NCBI GenBank assembly: GCA_963809895.1
Contig: CAWELD010000010.1
Location: forward strand, 1,050,123-1,114,122
Source of the DNA: an uncultured Gemmatimonadales bacterium
GTDB taxonomy: Bacteria > Gemmatimonadota > Gemmatimonadetes > Longimicrobiales > Gaopeijiaceae
Length of the DNA stretch: 64,000 nucleotides
Reading direction: 5' to 3'
This document shows positions 60,494 through 64,000 of the stretch, in pieces. Under the pieces are notes generated by a model, which did no database searches, was not told the origin of the DNA, and saw nothing but the letters and a program-made list of their open reading frames with translations. Both the position numbers and the translations under genes were made by a program. Each line of letters opens with the position of its first letter. Within the stretch, counting starts at the first letter, position 1.

Positions 60494-61957
60494 ATGGCTC
60501 TCGACGCGACCGCCCCCCGGCCCGCCGGGGAGGCCACCGCCACGGCGGCCACGCCGAACTACGACGACGCGGTGGTGAAGATGTTCTTCACCGCCACCGT
60601 CGTCTGGGCTCTCGTGGGCATGCTCGTGGGCGTGATCATCGCCCTGCAGCTCGCCTGGTGGCCCGCCAATCTCGGCCTGCCCTGGACGACCTTCGGCCGT
60701 CTGCGCCCCCTGCACACCAACGCGGTGATCTTCGCGTTCGCCGGCAACGTGTGCTTCACCGGCATCTACCACTCGACGCAGCGACTCCTGAAGACGCGCA
60801 TGTTCAGCGACGTGCTCTCCAGGATCCATTTCTGGGGATGGCAGACGATCATCGTGGGGGCCGCCATCACGCTGCCCCTCGGGATGACGCAGTCCAAGGA
60901 ATACGCCGAGCTGATCTGGCCCATCGACGTGGCCATCACGCTGGTGTGGGTGGTTTTCGCCGTGAACTTCTTCGGCACCCTGGCCATCCGGAAGGTGAAG
61001 CACCTGTACGTGGCGCTGTGGTTCTACATGTCGTTCGTCATCACCATCGCGGTGCTCCACATCGTGAACAGCCTGGCGATCCCGGCTACGCTCTTCCGCT
61101 CGTATCCGATCTACGCCGGGCTCACCGACGCGCTGGTGCAGTGGTGGTACGGGCACAACGCGGTGGGCTTCTTCCTGACCACGCCGTTCCTGGGGCTGAT
61201 GTACTACTACCTGCCCCGGGCGGCGGAGCGCCCCGTCTACAGCTACCGGCTCTCCATCATCCACTTCTGGGGACTGGTGTTCCTGTACATCTGGGCCGGA
61301 CCGCACCACCTGCTCTATTCGGCGTTGCCGGAATGGGCGCAGACGCTGGGCATGGTGTTCAGCATCATGCTGCTGGCGCCGTCGTGGGGCGGCATGCTCA
61401 ACGGGCTCCTCACGCTCAAGGGAGCCTGGAACAAGCTCCGCACCGACCCGGTGCTCAAGTTCATGGTGGTGGCCGTGAGCTTCTACGGCATGAGCACCTT
61501 CGAAGGGCCCATGATGTCGATCCGGGCCGTGAACGGGCTGGCTCACTACACCAACTGGGTGATCGGCCACGTGCATTCCGGTGCCCTGGGCTGGGTGGGG
61601 ATGATCTCCTTCGGGATGCTGTACTGGCTGGCGCCACGGCTCTTCAACAAGCCGCTCGCCTATCCCAACGGGCCCACGCAGCACTTCTGGCTGGCCACCA
61701 TCGGCATCGTGCTCTACACGGTGGCGATGTGGGCGGCGGGACTCATGGAGGGGCTCCAGTGGCGCGCCATCAACGACACGGGCCAGCTCGCCAACCCGAT
61801 CTTCCTGGACATCGTCCACCGGCTGCAGCCCTTCCTCTGGCTGCGGGTGCTGGGCGGGGCCCTGTACCTCACCGGAGCGATCATGATGGCGGTGAACTTC
61901 TGGAAGACCATCCGCGGACCCGAGCGCCCGGCCGAGGCCGTGGCGGCAACGGCGTGA
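60494..61957 (+). CDS. ccoN: cbb3-type cytochrome c oxidase subunit I
   Basis: [42 protein letters not shown]. Confidence 0.97.
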   Translation: MALDATAPRPAGEATATAATPNYDDAVVKMFFTATVVWALVGMLVGVIIALQLAWWPANLGLPWTTFGRLRPLHTNAVIFAFAGNVCFTGIYHSTQRLLKTRMFSDVLSRIHFWGWQTIIVGAAITLPLGMTQSKEYAELIWPIDVAITLVWVVFAVNFFGTLAIRKVKHLYVALWFYMSFVITIAVLHIVNSLAIPATLFRSYPIYAGLTDALVQWWYGHNAVGFFLTTPFLGLMYYYLPRAAERPVYSYRLSIIHFWGLVFLYIWAGPHHLLYSALPEWAQTLGMVFSIMLLAPSWGGMLNGLLTLKGAWNKLRTDPVLKFMVVAVSFYGMSTFEGPMMSIRAVNGLAHYTNWVIGHVHSGALGWVGMISFGMLYWLAPRLFNKPLAYPNGPTQHFWLATIGIVLYTVAMWAAGLMEGLQWRAINDTGQLANPIFLDIVHRLQPFLWLRVLGGALYLTGAIMMAVNFWKTIRGPERPAEAVAATA

Positions 61958-61969
61958 GGGGAGGATACC

Positions 61970-62764
61970 ATGGCTGACAACAACCAGACGCACGAGTCCG
62001 AGAAGGCCTACGGCCGCATCCACCGACGCATCTTCGAGGGAAAAGCGGCGGTCTTCGCCGTGGCCACCACGGTGGCGATCTCCATCGGTGGGCTCGTGGA
62101 GATCACTCCGATGTTCACCGCGACCCTGGGGCCGGAGCGCTCGGAGGCGGTGACGCCGTACACGCCCCTCGAGGTGGCCGGGCGCGACATCTACATCCGC
62201 GAGGGCTGCTACCTGTGCCACTCGCAGATGGTGCGGCCCATGCGCGCCGAGATCCTGCGCTACGGGGAATGGACGCGGGCGTGGGAGTATGCCTACGACC
62301 GCCCCTTCCTGTTGGGCTCGCGCCGCATCGGGCCCGATCTGCAGCGCGTCGGCGGCAAGTATCCCGACGCGTGGCACTACGAGCACATGCGCGATCCCCG
62401 CTCCGTATCGCCGGGCAGCATCATGCCACCCTATCCGTGGCTCCTGAAGTGGACTGTGGACCCGGCGGACATCACCGCGTCGGTGCGGGCACTGAGCAAG
62501 GTGGGCACACCCTACGAGAGCACCGATCAGGAATGGGTCGCGGCCCAGCTCCAGTCGCAGGGGCAGGGCATCGTGACCGCGCTGTCGCAGACGGGTATCG
62601 AGACCACCTGGGACCGGGAGATCGTGGCCCTCATCGCCTATCTGCAGCGGCTCGGCGTGGACGGCAAGCGCATCCTGCAGGAGCAGGAGCGGGCCCAGGG
62701 CGGAGCCACCGCTTCGGCCACCACGCCGGCGGACGCTGGCGCCGGCCCGGAGGGAACCCCGTGA
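61970..62764 (+). CDS. ccoO: cbb3 oxidase subunit II
   Basis: PYTPLE..GRDIY.REGCYLCHSQM.RP, GS.R.GPDL, WHY.HM.DP, S.MP.Y. Confidence 0.96.
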   Translation: MADNNQTHESEKAYGRIHRRIFEGKAAVFAVATTVAISIGGLVEITPMFTATLGPERSEAVTPYTPLEVAGRDIYIREGCYLCHSQMVRPMRAEILRYGEWTRAWEYAYDRPFLLGSRRIGPDLQRVGGKYPDAWHYEHMRDPRSVSPGSIMPPYPWLLKWTVDPADITASVRALSKVGTPYESTDQEWVAAQLQSQGQGIVTALSQTGIETTWDREIVALIAYLQRLGVDGKRILQEQERAQGGATASATTPADAGAGPEGTP

Positions 62765-62940
62765 ATCCTCTCCTTCGCGAGGCCGCCGGCTCGGTGGAGA
62801 TGGGCTGGCTGCTGGGCCTCATGACGCTGGTGTTCCTGGCCTTCTTCATCGGTTGGGCCTGGTGGGCGTATTCGCCCAAGCACAGGGAGATCATGGAAGA
62901 GGCATCGCGCATGCCGTTCACGGATGGAGGAGCAGAGTGA
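62761..62940 (+). CDS. ccoQ: cbb3 oxidase small subunit
   Basis: 59 aa, one TM helix, WWAY..K...E.A..PF; GTGA overlaps at both ends. Confidence 0.85.
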   Translation: MNPLLREAAGSVEMGWLLGLMTLVFLAFFIGWAWWAYSPKHREIMEEASRMPFTDGGAE

Positions 62941-63605
62941 GCAAGGAAACCAACCGGCTCATGGGCCACGCCGACGAGGCGGACGGCATCGAGGAATACG
63001 ACAACCCCTTGCCGGACTGGTGGCTGGGCCTGTTCTGGTTCACCATCGTCTGGGCCATCGGCTACGGGGTCCATTACCACTTCATCGCCCACCGCTCGCA
63101 GGTGAAGCACCTGGCGGCGGAGATGGCCGCGGCCGACGCTCGCTGGCCGGCGCAGCTACAGGCCAACGTGTCGTTCGCGTTCACGCCCGAGGCGATCCAG
63201 GCCGGGGAACAGGTGTTCGCCCAGAACTGCGCCCCCTGCCACGGGGCCGACCTCAAGGGCAACATCGGCCCGTCGTTCCTGGACGACGAGTGGCTGCACG
63301 GGGGCCAGGTGTCGCAGGTGCTGAACACCATCCGCCACGGTGTGCTGGACAAGGGTATGGTGGCATGGGAGGGGATCCTGAGCCCCGAGCAGATCAACGA
63401 CGTGGCCGCGTACGTGCTCTCCAAGCACGCCGAGGCCACGGGGCGCTCGTACGAAGACATCCTGAAGCCGCCGGCGGACAGCGCCGGAGCGGCCGGCGAC
63501 AGTGCCGGCGTGGCGGGGGACAGCGCCGGAGTGGCCGGTGACACCGCCGCTGCGTCCGGAGGCGCCGCGGCAGGCGCTCGGTCCGGCGCCGACTCGGGCC
63601 GGTAA
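62937..63605 (+). CDS. ccoP: cbb3 oxidase subunit III (single heme)
   Basis: H.ADGIEEYDNPLPDWW..LF, one CAPCHG, W.HGG, G.L.KGM.AW. Confidence 0.93.
   Translation: MSKETNRLMGHADEADGIEEYDNPLPDWWLGLFWFTIVWAIGYGVHYHFIAHRSQVKHLAAEMAAADARWPAQLQANVSFAFTPEAIQAGEQVFAQNCAPCHGADLKGNIGPSFLDDEWLHGGQVSQVLNTIRHGVLDKGMVAWEGILSPEQINDVAAYVLSKHAEATGRSYEDILKPPADSAGAAGDSAGVAGDSAGVAGDTAAASGGAAAGARSGADSGR
63478..63561 (+). repeat. Four 21-bp tandem units encoding a DSAG(A/V)AG tail in ccoP
   Basis: GACAGCGCCGGAGCGGCCGGC-like unit repeated four times with degeneration. Confidence 0.75.
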
Positions 63606-63635
63606 CCGCCGGATCCGGAGGGGGTAGCAGAGATC

Positions 63636-64000
63636 ATGTTGGGATTCAGCCGCACCCGCGAGTGGGTCTATCCCCAGTCCATCCAGGGGAGCTTCATGAC
63701 GCTCCGCCGGTGGACCTTCGCGGGATTGCACGTGGTGCTCTTCGTAGCGCCGTGGCTCATGGTGGCGGGGCATCCGGCCGTACAGATCGATCTGCCCCAC
63801 CGGCGGATCTTCCTGTTCGGTGCCATCTTCAGCGCCGCCGACACGATCTTCCTGCTCCTTCTCCTCCTCTTCCTGGCCTTCAGCCTCTTCTTCTTCACGG
63901 CGGTGTTCGGGCGGGTCTGGTGCGGCTACGCCTGCCCCCAGACGGTCTTCCTGGAGAGCTGGATCCGTCCGCTGGAGCTCTGGATCGAGGGAGACCGGAC
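63636..64000 (+). CDS. ccoG: cbb3 oxidase accessory ferredoxin-like protein (5' part)
   Basis: WVYP..G.F..LR, GRVWCGYACPQTVF.E; runs off the window end. Confidence 0.9.
   Translation, partial: MLGFSRTREWVYPQSIQGSFMTLRRWTFAGLHVVLFVAPWLMVAGHPAVQIDLPHRRIFLFGAIFSAADTIFLLLLLLFLAFSLFFFTAVFGRVWCGYACPQTVFLESWIRPLELWIEGDR

Overview
High-GC bacterial chromosome segment, densely coding. I see no rRNA, tRNA, CRISPR array, transposase or prophage. The gene repertoire (BNR/Vps10 repeat hydrolases, DUF5916, STK-TPR, Gld-like ABC system) suggests Gemmatimonadota, but this is an inference. Main blocks in order: rsmD, a membrane M28 peptidase, an iorAB + ADP-forming acyl-CoA synthetase operon, a redox island (probable Sec-containing exported peroxiredoxin convergent with ccdA-tlpA), a TPR Ser/Thr kinase, an OmpR-type two-component system, a PLP enzyme + SNF transporter, two paralogous ~1050-aa beta-propeller proteins, a gldA/gldF-G/DUF4340 ABC system, a dipeptidase, PPIases, mscL, fpg, a PadR-yfiT-MOSC-arsN cluster, msrPQ, and a hypoxia block (USP, CBS, two HisKA_3 kinases, a NarL-type regulator, cbb3 oxidase ccoNOQPG). 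Best leads: (1) in-frame UGA plus a SECIS-like hairpin in a Cys-free secreted Prx; (2) a histidine kinase lacking its phospho-His, divergent from an intact PAS kinase that precedes the cbb3 operon; (3) two copies of a ~300-bp covarying palindromic element. At least six genes carry small indels, several at G/C runs, probably from assembly errors; one creates an artefactual fusion ORF.
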